NCBI GenBank assembly: GCA_046758965.1
Contig: JBHIBG010000040.1
Location: 1 to 22,710, forward strand
Source: Candidatus Methylomirabilia bacterium
Lineage (GTDB): Bacteria > Methylomirabilota > Methylomirabilia > Rokubacteriales > CSP1-6
Reading direction: 5' to 3'
DNA length: 22,710 nucleotides
Positions 1 through 8,974 of this stretch are shown here, piece after piece. The notes beneath the pieces are model-generated. The model ran no database searches and was not told the origin of the DNA. It saw only the letters and a list, made by a program, of their open reading frames with translations. The position numbers were made by a program, and so were the translations under genes. How positions within the stretch are numbered: position 1 is the first letter of the stretch; the number at the start of each line of letters is the position of its first letter.

Positions 1-423
1 CGCCTCGAATGGATCAACCAGGCGATGGTCGCGATGGCCCGCACCGGCGGCACGCAGCTCGTCATGGAGGCGAACCTGCCGATGCTGGTGAACCCCGAGC
101 AGCTCGCGGCCATGCGCGCGGGCGCCTTCACCGGCAAGCCGTACCAGCCGATGGACCCGGCGGACGGGCTGTTCCGGCTGATGGCCGGCTCAGTCGCCGC
201 CGACTGGGATCTCCCCTACGAGCGGCTCGCGATGCCGGTGCTGATCATAACCGGCCTCCACGACCGGGTGTTCTACATCCGGGCGGACGTCGATGAGCTC
301 GCTGCCCGGATCCCCGACCGTCGCACGGTCACCTTCGCCGACGCCGGCCACCTGATCCCGATCGAGCGGCCCAGGGCCTTCGCGGAAGCGCTCCTCGACT
401 TTGCCCGCACGCTCCGCACCTGA
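1..423 (+). CDS. Alpha/beta fold hydrolase, C-terminal part (5' end outside window)
   Basis: Frame open from base 1; MPVLIITGLHDRV (catalytic Asp region) and FADAGHLIPIERP (catalytic His) motifs; TGA at 421-423. Confidence 0.85.
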   Translation, partial: RLEWINQAMVAMARTGGTQLVMEANLPMLVNPEQLAAMRAGAFTGKPYQPMDPADGLFRLMAGSVAADWDLPYERLAMPVLIITGLHDRVFYIRADVDELAARIPDRRTVTFADAGHLIPIERPRAFAEALLDFARTLRT

Positions 424-430
424 GCGGCGA

Positions 431-541
431 GATCCGTCCTTCCTCTTCGACGCCCTCAACGCCATCGCCGCCCTGATCCCCGGGGAGCCGGAGCGGGCCG
501 AGCGCCTCGTGGAGCGGCTCTCCGAGCTCCTCCGCTTCTCG
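431..541 (+). pseudogene. Fragment of a LytS/YehU-type sensor histidine kinase (His_kinase H-box)
   Basis: DPSFLFDALNAIAALIPGEPERAERLVERLSELLRFS resembles the family motif NPHFLFNxLNxIxxLIxxDPxxAxxLxxxLSxLLRYS; phospho-His replaced by Ser; no start or flanking domains. Confidence 0.7.
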
Positions 542-711
542 AGGCCTTTCATCCTTGCTAGGCCCCGTGAAGGGACGGTTGGGGGAGGCGAAGCGCTCCT
601 TCGAGCGCGCGCTGTCGTACAACGCCGACTACCTGCCCGCCCTGAAGGCCCTGGAATACATCCGGGAGCAGGGGCTCGAGATCCTGTAGGGCAGCGGACT
701 GATTTGTCCGC

Positions 712-2832
712 CTACCTCAGAACGCGAAATTCCACCCCACCACGCCCCGTCCGTTTCACGGCACGGGGGTCGTTGGTCACGATAAAGAGTCTTTTTCGCG
801 CGACTCCGCGGCGGACGAGGGCGCGTTCGATGAAGCGGGCGCGGTCTTCAGCCAACTTCCGCAACTTTGGCCCGGTCGAGCCCTTGCCGCGACGGCGCCT
901 TTTCGGCGGGACTTTCGTCTCTTGCCGACTTGCCTGCCCCCGCAGTTGAAGCTCGATCTTCGGTCGCTTCCGGAGGAAGGTGGCGAGCCGCTCGAGCTGG
1001 TTGATGGCCCCGGGATCAGGCTTGAGTGAGCCCGGCTGAAACCCAATTGGATCGATGCGCACCTCGGTGATCTTTCCTCCCACCGTGAGGACCTGGCCGA
1101 GGAGCCGGAAGGAGGCGGTCAGGGCTTTGAAGACGGCGTTTCGCACCGCCTTCCAGACGACGCTGTTCAGCCGGACCTCGGGATTCTCCAGATCGCCTTC
1201 CACCGGTACGCGGAGTCGGATCTCGCCGTTGAGACCTTCGAGGAGAGCCAGGGCGAGCTTCAGGGGGATGCCGACCTGCTGCTGGAATTCGTCCCCTATG
1301 GGGTCGCCGAGTTTGATCCGGCGGATGAGGATCTCATTGCCCGCGGCGAGCTTGCCGGCGTCATAGCGGTATTTCACCTCGGTGGTCACGCGGCCACGCC
1401 GGATCCGGTGCCGGACGTACTTCTCCGCGTAAGGATTCACCCGCGACAATTCGTAGTCTTGCACCGTCCCCTCAACGTACAGCTGAAAAGGCCGCGCGAC
1501 GGTGAACCACCCCTTGAGATCAATGGGAGCCGTCGAGCCCCCTAACGACCCTCTCAGTCTCAGGCTGGCCCGATCGGTGTCAGGAGATGGCTTGTCGACT
1601 TCGGCCGTGACGTCGGAGAGTTCGCCGGTGAAGGAAGGGGTGACCGTTGCGTCCACAAGGATGATCCGGCTGTCACGGGCCTCGAGATGCCGAATCGCAA
1701 GAGGGGCCGGAGCGTCGGTGGGTGCTGCCGAGCTTCGGGCCGCCCGGCGCTTCTGAACAGCCGCCCACAGCTGGCGAAGATCGAACGTGCCGTCCCGGTT
1801 CCGCTCGACGCGGACCGTCGCTCCACTGAGCTCGACATGGGAGAGTTCGGCATGAAGCCTCGGTCTGTTGCTTGCCCGCACGGGATCGGCGGTGAGCCGC
1901 GAGGCATGAAAGAGCGGGTCCTGATCGCCAGGCAATCCGAACGACACGCCGCGTCCCTCGACCAGGCCGCTCAGTTCGAGGACGAGGCGCTTCTCCCGGT
2001 TCACGGCCGCGGTGACGTCGAGGCGCCCGTGAAGCTCGCCTGAGACCGTCCCCGCCGTTCCCAGGAGGTGCTCCAGGTAGCCCCGGAAAAACGCGGCCGG
2101 GACGCGCGCCGACTCGACCTTCAGGCGGCTCACAAAGGGATCGAGGCGAACGGTGCCGTTCATCCGGACGGGAGCCCCATCCAGCCGGACCTCGCCGGAA
2201 AGCTCTCCGGGCTCGGCCTCCGGCGTCAGGGGCACCGGGCTCACCACAAGCGTGAGATCCCGGAGGCGGCTCGTCACCACCGGGTCGGTGGTGCGGTCCA
2301 CGATCGTTACTTGGCCTCCCTCGACCTGGATGGTCTCGATGGTGAGCCCGGCGGGCTTTGCTCTCCGCTCCCGAACGCGGAAGATTTCAGCGAGGTTCCA
2401 GCGGCGTGGTCCGGTCCGCTCCAGGTGCAGCTCTGGCCGGCGTACCGTGACGCTGTGGAGCACGACTTCGCCACGGAGGAGGGCGCGCCGGGAGAACGAC
2501 ATGTCGAGCGTCGGCAAGCGTACGACCGCCTCGGTCTCCCGCCCGCCGATAACGAGGTCCGAGAGCTGGGCCCTGCCGGTGAAGAGGTTCAGGTCGACGT
2601 CCGCGATGGCCACGGGCGCAGTGACCAGAGCCTCGAGACGTCGCACCGCCACGTGACGTACGATCTCGGGCAGGACGAGCAAGACGACCAGCAGCAACAG
2701 AAGGAGGACGCCGGGGCCGGCGGGGTAATCGCGGAGCCCTCCCGACCGCTGGAGTTTCTCTTCCCTCATCTGGGTCCGTTCGAGCGCTCGAGTCGGCATT
2801 TCCAGGGTTTCCCCTTGCATATTCCCGGCCAA
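712..2832 (-). CDS. DUF748/AsmA-like membrane-anchored protein with C-terminal OmpA-like domain
   Basis: 706-aa ORF; N-terminal TM (VLLLLLLVVLLVLP), VDLNLFTG, repeated beta-rich DUF748-like segments, GIPLKLALALLEGLNGEIRLRVPVEGDLENP, C-terminal IGFQPGS...QLERLATFLRKRPKIELQLRG; true start uncertain (2832, 2799 or 2769). Confidence 0.8.
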   Translation of the reverse strand: MAGNMQGETLEMPTRALERTQMREEKLQRSGGLRDYPAGPGVLLLLLLVVLLVLPEIVRHVAVRRLEALVTAPVAIADVDLNLFTGRAQLSDLVIGGRETEAVVRLPTLDMSFSRRALLRGEVVLHSVTVRRPELHLERTGPRRWNLAEIFRVRERRAKPAGLTIETIQVEGGQVTIVDRTTDPVVTSRLRDLTLVVSPVPLTPEAEPGELSGEVRLDGAPVRMNGTVRLDPFVSRLKVESARVPAAFFRGYLEHLLGTAGTVSGELHGRLDVTAAVNREKRLVLELSGLVEGRGVSFGLPGDQDPLFHASRLTADPVRASNRPRLHAELSHVELSGATVRVERNRDGTFDLRQLWAAVQKRRAARSSAAPTDAPAPLAIRHLEARDSRIILVDATVTPSFTGELSDVTAEVDKPSPDTDRASLRLRGSLGGSTAPIDLKGWFTVARPFQLYVEGTVQDYELSRVNPYAEKYVRHRIRRGRVTTEVKYRYDAGKLAAGNEILIRRIKLGDPIGDEFQQQVGIPLKLALALLEGLNGEIRLRVPVEGDLENPEVRLNSVVWKAVRNAVFKALTASFRLLGQVLTVGGKITEVRIDPIGFQPGSLKPDPGAINQLERLATFLRKRPKIELQLRGQASRQETKVPPKRRRRGKGSTGPKLRKLAEDRARFIERALVRRGVARKRLFIVTNDPRAVKRTGRGGVEFRVLR

Positions 2833-3171
2833 CTTTCAGGGGGGGATCTAAGTAGCGATGGGCGCGGGGATTACCCCCCATGTCGTCTGCGAATGGCGGC
2901 GAGCCTGGCACGTCTACCAGGCGCGGAAGGTCGCCCGCCCCGCCCGGGCCCCGGCGGCTCCCGCGTTACCCCAGCGGCAGGGTGAGAGCTCGGACCCGAG
3001 ATCAAGCCCGCGACGTGATACGCGCATCACGGGTTGCGTTGACTCGGATGGCGATGTCGTCGGGCGGCGGATAGTCAGTGGAGGACGCGCTCCGTGAAGG
3101 GCTCACGGTGGAGGCGCGGGGCGCCGACCTGATCGGGCGGCAGCTCTGCCGGGAGCGGGGGGTTCGAGATC

Positions 3172-3783
3172 CTAGGCGGTGACGCGGCGGTATTCGATGT
3201 AGCGGGCAGTCTCGTCGGCAACCTCGCGGCCGAAGAGGGTCTCCACCACGTAGAAGGCCATGTCGATGCCGGAGGCCACGCCTGCCGAGGTGATGACTCC
3301 GTCATCTACCACGCGCCGCTCCCGCTCCACCTTGACGCCCGCATCGAGTGATTCGAGCAGATCCAGAGCCCCCCAGTGAGTCGTGGCGCGGCGGCCCTCG
3401 AGAAGGCCGGCCCGGGCGAGGAGGAGCGAGCCGGTGCACACCGAGGTGACACGCCGGCATCCCGCGGCGACCTGCCGGATCCAGTGGAGCGTCTCCGAAT
3501 CGTTCAGGAGGGAGCGGGTCCCGAAGCCCCCCGGCAGGACCAGGAGGTCGATCGTGGGAGCATCGGCGAAGGCGTAGCGAGGCACAACCTCCAGGCCCCC
3601 CGTGGCCTGAATCGGCGGGCGAGACTTGGCCACGGTGAAGACGTTGAAGGGCGCGCTCTCCTCCGAGCGGCGCGCCTCCGGTCCCGGCGTGAGCCGCGTC
3701 CGGGAGAAGACCTCAAACGGGCCCGCGAAGTCGAGGACCTCCACGCCGTCGAAGAGCAAGATCCCAACGTTCCATCTCTCCAT
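3172..3783 (-). CDS. DJ-1/PfpI (ThiJ) family protein
   Basis: GILLFDGVEVLDFAGPFEVF, VLPGG, SVCTG nucleophile-elbow Cys, RATTHW, TSAGVASGID; ATG at 3783 preceded by GAGGAG. Confidence 0.92.
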   Translation of the reverse strand: MERWNVGILLFDGVEVLDFAGPFEVFSRTRLTPGPEARRSEESAPFNVFTVAKSRPPIQATGGLEVVPRYAFADAPTIDLLVLPGGFGTRSLLNDSETLHWIRQVAAGCRRVTSVCTGSLLLARAGLLEGRRATTHWGALDLLESLDAGVKVERERRVVDDGVITSAGVASGIDMAFYVVETLFGREVADETARYIEYRRVTA

Positions 3784-3866
3784 CCGACCCTTCTCCTCTA
3801 CAGCGCCCGGGTTCACGGCGACCAACGGCAGCGCCGCCTGGAGCACGTTGCGACGCGCCGGGCCGG

Positions 3867-4394
3867 TCAGCCTGAGCGACGGCGCGAGAGCGTCTGGAGG
3901 GCCGTCCGGACCTGCTTCAGATGGTTGAGGTCATGGTTGGCGTGGTGGGCCACGAGCTGGTCGATGCGGAGCCTGCCGTACTCCGGGTGCCTCCCGGCCC
4001 GCTTGCGTTGCGCCGGGCTCAGGCGGCCCAGGACGTCCAGGTTGGACCGCCGGAACGCCTGGAAGGCGGCCAGCGCGGCCTGAGGGTCCGAGGTTCGATA
4101 GCGGAGCGCCTCGGCCCATGCCTCCTGGTCCCACGAGGTCAAGGTCGGGTTGGGCTCGGCCGCCATCTTCCGGAGCCGGAACGCGAAGGCGATCTCCGCA
4201 TCGGCCAGGTGGGAGAGGATTTCGTTCACGCTCCACTGCCGGCGTGCCGGACGGCGTGAGTGAGAGCCTTTTCGAGACCGTCGCAGTTGACGGGAGAGCG
4301 CCGCCGGAGATCGCCGGAGCACGCTCACGGGATTCCCCTCGAGGAGCGTGTGCGGGCCGCGGCAGATCGGGCAGCGGGCGTTCTGGCGATTCAT
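3867..4394 (-). CDS. DinB/YfiT-like metal-dependent protein
   Basis: WSVNEILSHLADAE, WDQEAWA, HPEYG, HHANHDLNHL His motifs; RBS GAGGAGG upstream of ATG 4394. Confidence 0.88.
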   Translation of the reverse strand: MNRQNARCPICRGPHTLLEGNPVSVLRRSPAALSRQLRRSRKGSHSRRPARRQWSVNEILSHLADAEIAFAFRLRKMAAEPNPTLTSWDQEAWAEALRYRTSDPQAALAAFQAFRRSNLDVLGRLSPAQRKRAGRHPEYGRLRIDQLVAHHANHDLNHLKQVRTALQTLSRRRSG

Positions 4395-4466
4395 CGAAGG
4401 TCCTCCTCAGTGCCCAGAGACTCCGGAGGCGTCCAGGCTCCGGGCTGGATGTGTCGGTGCTGGAAG

Positions 4467-4495
4467 ACTCTATGCCGCCGTCCCGCCGCTGTCAA
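4467..4495 (-). promoter_or_regulatory. Sigma70-type promoter for the DinB and DJ-1 genes
   Basis: TTGACA-N17-TAGAGT on the minus strand, about 70 nt upstream of the DinB start. Confidence 0.6.
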
Positions 4496-4552
4496 GGCGA
4501 CTTGGGTGGCAGCCAGGCGGATCGGGGTCGAGCGGGGTGCGCAGCGGTCCAC

Positions 4553-4581
4553 TTGACGCCCCGTGCTGCTCGTCATAGATT
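4553..4581 (+). promoter_or_regulatory. Sigma70-type promoter for the ketopantoate reductase gene
   Basis: TTGACG-N17-TAGATT on the plus strand, divergent from the 4467-4495 promoter. Confidence 0.55.
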
Positions 4582-4765
4582 GCCCCCATGCCTCAGCTCT
4601 TGAAAGCTCCCCGGCAGCACCCCTGGCTTCGGAACCAGCGAGCCTGGCCGGCCGCTTCAGCGCCAGGTGCGGCTCTCTCAGCAGTCTGGGAGTTGGAAGG
4701 TGCTGGGCTCTGCTGCGAAGCGGCAATTGAAATCTGCCTGCAGGGCACATGACGGGAGGACACAC

Positions 4766-5800
4766 ATGGGCACGAGAGTCGGGATCATCGGCGTGGGAGC
4801 CATCGGGTGCATCGTGGGTGGGCTGCTGACGAAGGCCGGGCACGACGTGACGCTCATCGACCAGTGGCCGGAGCACGTCGAGGCGATGAAGGGCAGAGGC
4901 CTCCGGCTCAGCGGCACGTGCGGCGAGCACACCATCCCGGTCAAGGCGCTCCACATCCACGAGGCTCAGGGTGTCCGCGACCCATTCGATGCCGTCTTCA
5001 TCGCGGTGAAGTCGTACGACACCGAGTGGGCGACTGCGCTCGGGATCGCCTACCTGAAGCCGGACGGGGTCGTCGTCGCCTTCCAGAACGGGATGAACGA
5101 TGAGCGGATTGCAGCGATGGCGGGGAGAGAGCGGGCGCTCGGCTGTGTGATTACCATCGGCGCCGGGCTGTACGAGCCTGGCCACGCGGTGCGCACGGAC
5201 ACTGCTACGGTGGCGTTCAAGATCGGCGAGTACGACGGCTCGGAGTCGCAGCGTGCGCGCGACCTCGTCAAGATGATGAACGACGTTGCGACAGCCAAGG
5301 TGACCACGAACCTCTGGGGTGAGCGGTGGGCGAAGCTCACGATGAACTGCATGGCGAACCCCCTGGCCGGGCTCAGCGGCCTGGGCTCCGCCGAGGTCCG
5401 AACCGAGCCCGAGCCCCGCCGTATTGCGATCCAGATAGCGGCCGAGGTGATCACGGTTGGCCGCGCCCACGGGCACGAGGTCGAGCCGATCTTCGGTATC
5501 GATGCGCAACGGCTCGTCGACGCCGCCGAAGGCCGCGGCCTCGAGGAGGTGGAGAGCGATATGGCCGCGGGCGCGAAGCGCCTGAGCGGCGGGCGCCCTT
5601 CCTTCCTGCAGGACGTGATGAAGGGCCGTCGAACGGAGATCGACTATCTGAACGGATACGTCTGCGAGAAGGGGCGGCAGGCAGGGGTGAAAACGCCCTT
5701 CAACGACGCCGTCGTGAAGGCGGTTCACGGCCATGGCGTCGGGAGGCTGAAGCCGGACCCGAAGAACCTCGAGCCGCTCGTGAAGATGCTGCCACGGTAG
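4766..5800 (+). CDS. panE: 2-dehydropantoate 2-reductase (ketopantoate reductase, ApbA/PanE family)
   Basis: GVGAIG Rossmann motif, AVKSYD, FQNG, WAKL..N, PSFLQDVMKGRRTEIDYLNG; RBS GGGAGGA before ATG 4766; could be a paralog with a different substrate. Confidence 0.85.
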   Translation: MGTRVGIIGVGAIGCIVGGLLTKAGHDVTLIDQWPEHVEAMKGRGLRLSGTCGEHTIPVKALHIHEAQGVRDPFDAVFIAVKSYDTEWATALGIAYLKPDGVVVAFQNGMNDERIAAMAGRERALGCVITIGAGLYEPGHAVRTDTATVAFKIGEYDGSESQRARDLVKMMNDVATAKVTTNLWGERWAKLTMNCMANPLAGLSGLGSAEVRTEPEPRRIAIQIAAEVITVGRAHGHEVEPIFGIDAQRLVDAAEGRGLEEVESDMAAGAKRLSGGRPSFLQDVMKGRRTEIDYLNGYVCEKGRQAGVKTPFNDAVVKAVHGHGVGRLKPDPKNLEPLVKMLPR

Positions 5801-5805
5801 GGCAG

Positions 5806-6113
5806 GAGACCGTCGTCGACCTGGGGTGCGGGGCCGGCAACGTCACGTGGGCCCTCCGCGAGCGTTGGCCGGACGCCCACGTGGTCGGCGCTGCACTGGC
5901 TTCCGGACCATGAGCGGTTGTTCCCGTGGTTGTTCGCGGCGGTGGCGCCCGGTGGATGGTTCGCGGTGCAACTGCCGCGGAACCTCGAGGGGGGCTCACA
6001 GGGCGCCGTTCGAGGCTGCGTATCGCGATCGCGTCCGGGTCGCCTATCCCCCGGGGCCGGACAGCAAGACCGCTTTTCCCTTCCGGCGCCTGTTCATCGT
6101 GGCCAGGCGGCGA
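5806..6113 (+). pseudogene. tam: Trans-aconitate 2-methyltransferase remnant (three segments in three frames)
   Basis: VVDLGCGAGNVTWALRERWPDAHVVG (5806-5889), ALHWLPDHERLFPWLFAAVAPGGWFAVQLPRN (5888-~5985), FEAAYRDRVRVAYPPGPDSKTAFPFRRLFIVARR (6009-6113): collinear N-, mid- and C-terminal Tam motifs with large deletions. Confidence 0.8.
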
Positions 6114-6193
6114 TTCCGAAGCCAGGGGCATGGCTCCTTTCCCGAGCGCCTTGTGTTGCCCGTGTGCGGGACTCTATGCCGCGCTCCGCGTCT

Positions 6194-6553
6194 CTATCCC
6201 GTATGGCCCGGGGGTCCCGGCGGTTCCAGCGCGCGGCACCGGCCCAGCACGGTCATCAGGACGATCCCGCGGCGTACCTCCGGGAGGCTCCCCAGCCGGG
6301 AACGAGCTCGGCGGCTGGCTGGTGGTGCCGGTGCGGGGGCCGGCACCGGCGCGCCCCGCGGCCTCGCGCGTCGCGACGCACCCTCGCGGCTGGGCATCGG
6401 CGGCCGCGTCCGCACACGAGGGGGAGGCTTCTGCGCCTGGGGCTCGATCTCCGCCGGCGTTTTGCGCTCCCTGCGCCGGCCGACCTGGCGCATCATGGAG
6501 GTGAGCAGCAGCAGCACGACCAGCAGGAGGGCGAGGAGCTGCTCGAGACTCAT
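6194..6553 (-). CDS. Small membrane-anchored Pro/Arg-rich protein (third gene of the nfeD-floA operon, YqfB-like position)
   Basis: N-terminal TM (LLALLLVVLLLL), RBS GGAGG, 11 nt from floA stop, C-terminal EVRRGIVLMTVLGRCRALE motif. Confidence 0.7.
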   Translation of the reverse strand: MSLEQLLALLLVVLLLLTSMMRQVGRRRERKTPAEIEPQAQKPPPRVRTRPPMPSREGASRRARPRGAPVPAPAPAPPASRRARSRLGSLPEVRRGIVLMTVLGRCRALEPPGPPGHTG

Positions 6554-6564
6554 CGTCGCGCCTC

Positions 6565-7545
6565 CTACTTCTTCGCTGCCGTCGGCGGCTCTTCGCCGCC
6601 CTCGGCGATGGCATCGCGCATGGCCGTGTCTGCCTGAACGTTCTTCATCCGGTAGTAGTCCATGATTCCCAGGTTGCCGTGCCGAAAGGCCTCCGCCATC
6701 GCCAGCGGCACTTCGGCCTCGGCCTCCACCACCTTCGCCCGCATCTCCTGCTCCCGGGCCACGGCCATGGCGCGGCGCTCCTCCGCTTTGGCCTGAGCGA
6801 TCTGCTTGTCGGCATCCGCCTGGTCGATCTGCAGCTTCGCCCCGATGTTCGCCCCTACGTCCACATCGGCGATGTCGATGGAGAGGATCTCGTAGGCGGT
6901 CCCCGCATCGAGCCCCTTGCTGAGGATGTGCTTGGAGATCCCATCCGGGTTCTCCAGCACATCCTTGTGGGTCGCCGAGGAGCCGATGGTGCTGACCATC
7001 CCCTCGCCGACACGGGCAATGACGGTCTCCTCCCCGGCGCCCCCCACCAGCCGGTCAAGATTGGTGCGGACCGTCACGCGCGAGACGGCCATGAGCTGGA
7101 TTCCGTCCTTGGCCACGGCCGCGATCCGGGGGGTCTCGATCACCTTGGGGATCACCGACATCTTCACCGCCTCGAGGACGTCGCGCCCGGCCAGGTCGAT
7201 AGCCGCGGCGCGCTTGAACGGCATCACGATGTTGGCCTTGTCCGCCGAGATGAGCGCGTTGACGACTTTGGCCACGCTCCCGCCGGCCAGGTAGTGGGCC
7301 TCCAGGTCGTTGATCGAGATCTCCAGCCCGGCCTTGACCGCGCTGATCCGAGCCGTGACCACGACGCCGGGAGGCACCCGGCGGAACCGCATGCCGATCA
7401 GGGTGAACAGCCCCACGTACGCATTGGACGCCCAGGCAGCGATCCAGAGCGGGATGGGGATCAGGTAGAGGAACAGCACCATCACTGCCACCACGAACAG
7501 CAGGAGCACGAAGGCTCCCGCCACGCCCAACTCGAGTCCAATCAT
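6565..7545 (-). CDS. floA: Flotillin-like protein FloA (YqfA family)
   Basis: [96 protein letters not shown]. Confidence 0.95.
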   Translation of the reverse strand: MIGLELGVAGAFVLLLFVVAVMVLFLYLIPIPLWIAAWASNAYVGLFTLIGMRFRRVPPGVVVTARISAVKAGLEISINDLEAHYLAGGSVAKVVNALISADKANIVMPFKRAAAIDLAGRDVLEAVKMSVIPKVIETPRIAAVAKDGIQLMAVSRVTVRTNLDRLVGGAGEETVIARVGEGMVSTIGSSATHKDVLENPDGISKHILSKGLDAGTAYEILSIDIADVDVGANIGAKLQIDQADADKQIAQAKAEERRAMAVAREQEMRAKVVEAEAEVPLAMAEAFRHGNLGIMDYYRMKNVQADTAMRDAIAEGGEEPPTAAKK

Positions 7546-7548
7546 CAC

Positions 7549-8940
7549 TCACTCCTTTTCCGTTGGTTCACGATACCGCCGTACCACGATGCGGTTGCCG
7601 TCCACGCGGATCACTTCGATCGGCGCGCCCGGCTCGACGAACTCCCCGTCGGACACGACATCGACCCGCTCACCCTCGATCTGGGCGATGCCGGCCGGCC
7701 GCAGTGCGGAGGCCGCGGTCCCGCGCTTGCCCAGCCAGGCCCGGTCGGTCTCGGGCGCCGAGGCGAACCCCTCCCGCGTTGGAAGCTCCGTGTCGAGGAT
7801 CAGCCGCCGCCCGAAGGGCAGCCGCGGCAGGAAGCGCAACAGTGCCAGGCTCACGCCGATTGCCAGCAGGAGTGACACCACGACCCGCCCGACCGCCGTC
7901 AGGATGACCGCGCGCGTCGCCCCCGCTGCCACCAGGCTCAGGCTGAATCCGCCGAGGATCGCGACGATCCCCAGCACTCCGGCAATCCCAAAGCCCGGGA
8001 TCAAGAACACCTCCGCCCCCAGGAGCGCGAGACCGATCCCGACGAGGAGCACCTCCTCCCACCCAGCCAGGCGAACCAGCCAGTGGCCCCAGAAGAAGGT
8101 GGCAAGGCTCGCGACGCCCACCACGCCCGGCACGCCGAACCCCGGGGTCCGGAGCTCGAGGATGATCCCGAGCATCCCGATGGTCATCAGCAGCGAGCCG
8201 AGGACCGGATGGGTGAGGAAGCGCACCAGCCTCTCGGCCCAGTTCGCGGAGGTCCGACGCACCTCCGCGCCGGTGAGGTCGAGCCGCTCCAGCAGGGCGT
8301 CCAGGTCATCGGCTCGAAAATCGGCGAGCTGATGCTTGAGCGCCTCCTCGGTGGTGAGCGTCAGTAGCTTTCCCTTCTCGATCACCCCCTGGATCTCCAC
8401 GTCCGCGTCGACCATCGCCTCGGCAAGGAGTGGGGGACGCTTTCGGCTTTCGGCGGTGGCCCGAAACTCCTTCCGCATGTAGGAGACGGTCTTTTCCGCG
8501 ACCGGCTGGGCCGGCGCCCCCGGTTGGCCAAGCCTGACCGGGGTGGCGGCCCCGATGGTCCCGCCCTCGGCCATGGCGATTGTCTCGGCGGCCAGGCTGA
8601 TGAGGGCGCCGGCTGAGATGGCCCGCTTGTTCACGAAGGCCACCGTCCGAACCCGAGCTCTCAGCAGCGCGTCGCGAATCTGCACCGCGGCATCGACACG
8701 TCCCCCGAAGGTGTTGATCTCCAGGACCACCATGGCGACCCCCCCCGTCGTGGCCTCCTCCAGGACGCGCCGGACAAACGGGGCGAGCCCGAGATCGATC
8801 ATGCCCTCGATCGGCGCCACGAAGACCACCGGCCGGGGGGTCTGGGCGGGCAAAGCTTCGCCGAGTTGGGGGATGAGCAGTGACACCGCGACGATGAGCC
8901 CACGCAGGGCCCGGCATCTGCGGCGCGGGTCACTCCGCAT
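7549..8940 (-). CDS. nfeD: NfeD-family membrane-bound serine protease (long form, YqeZ-like)
   Basis: Signal peptide, INTFGGRVDAA, AISAGALISLA, GTIGAATP, TM block with ELRTPGFG, C-terminal OB-fold LRPAGIAQIEGERVDVVSDG; GAGGAGG RBS supports a start at 8940/8943 rather than 8985. Confidence 0.93.
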   Translation of the reverse strand: MRSDPRRRCRALRGLIVAVSLLIPQLGEALPAQTPRPVVFVAPIEGMIDLGLAPFVRRVLEEATTGGVAMVVLEINTFGGRVDAAVQIRDALLRARVRTVAFVNKRAISAGALISLAAETIAMAEGGTIGAATPVRLGQPGAPAQPVAEKTVSYMRKEFRATAESRKRPPLLAEAMVDADVEIQGVIEKGKLLTLTTEEALKHQLADFRADDLDALLERLDLTGAEVRRTSANWAERLVRFLTHPVLGSLLMTIGMLGIILELRTPGFGVPGVVGVASLATFFWGHWLVRLAGWEEVLLVGIGLALLGAEVFLIPGFGIAGVLGIVAILGGFSLSLVAAGATRAVILTAVGRVVVSLLLAIGVSLALLRFLPRLPFGRRLILDTELPTREGFASAPETDRAWLGKRGTAASALRPAGIAQIEGERVDVVSDGEFVEPGAPIEVIRVDGNRIVVRRYREPTEKE

Positions 8941-8974
8941 CACGACCCCTCCTCGTACGATCCTCTCACGCCTC

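Noticed and set aside
3014..3031. CRP/FNR binding site
   Set aside because: Half-site spacing is GTGA-N8-TCAC, not the N6 of CRP, and it does not match the FNR TTGAT-N4-ATCAA consensus
4600..4690. Glycine-riboswitch-like GAGAG...GCTGAAG on the minus strand
   Set aside because: The CTCTCAGG element is missing and the sequence lies upstream of the predicted minus-strand promoter
4391..5734. 447-aa minus-strand ORF and similar long antisense ORFs (e.g. 6679-7875, 14262-15365, 15493-16428, 2068-2985)
   Set aside because: Shadow ORFs opposite well-supported genes; expected in GC-rich DNA and lacking family motifs
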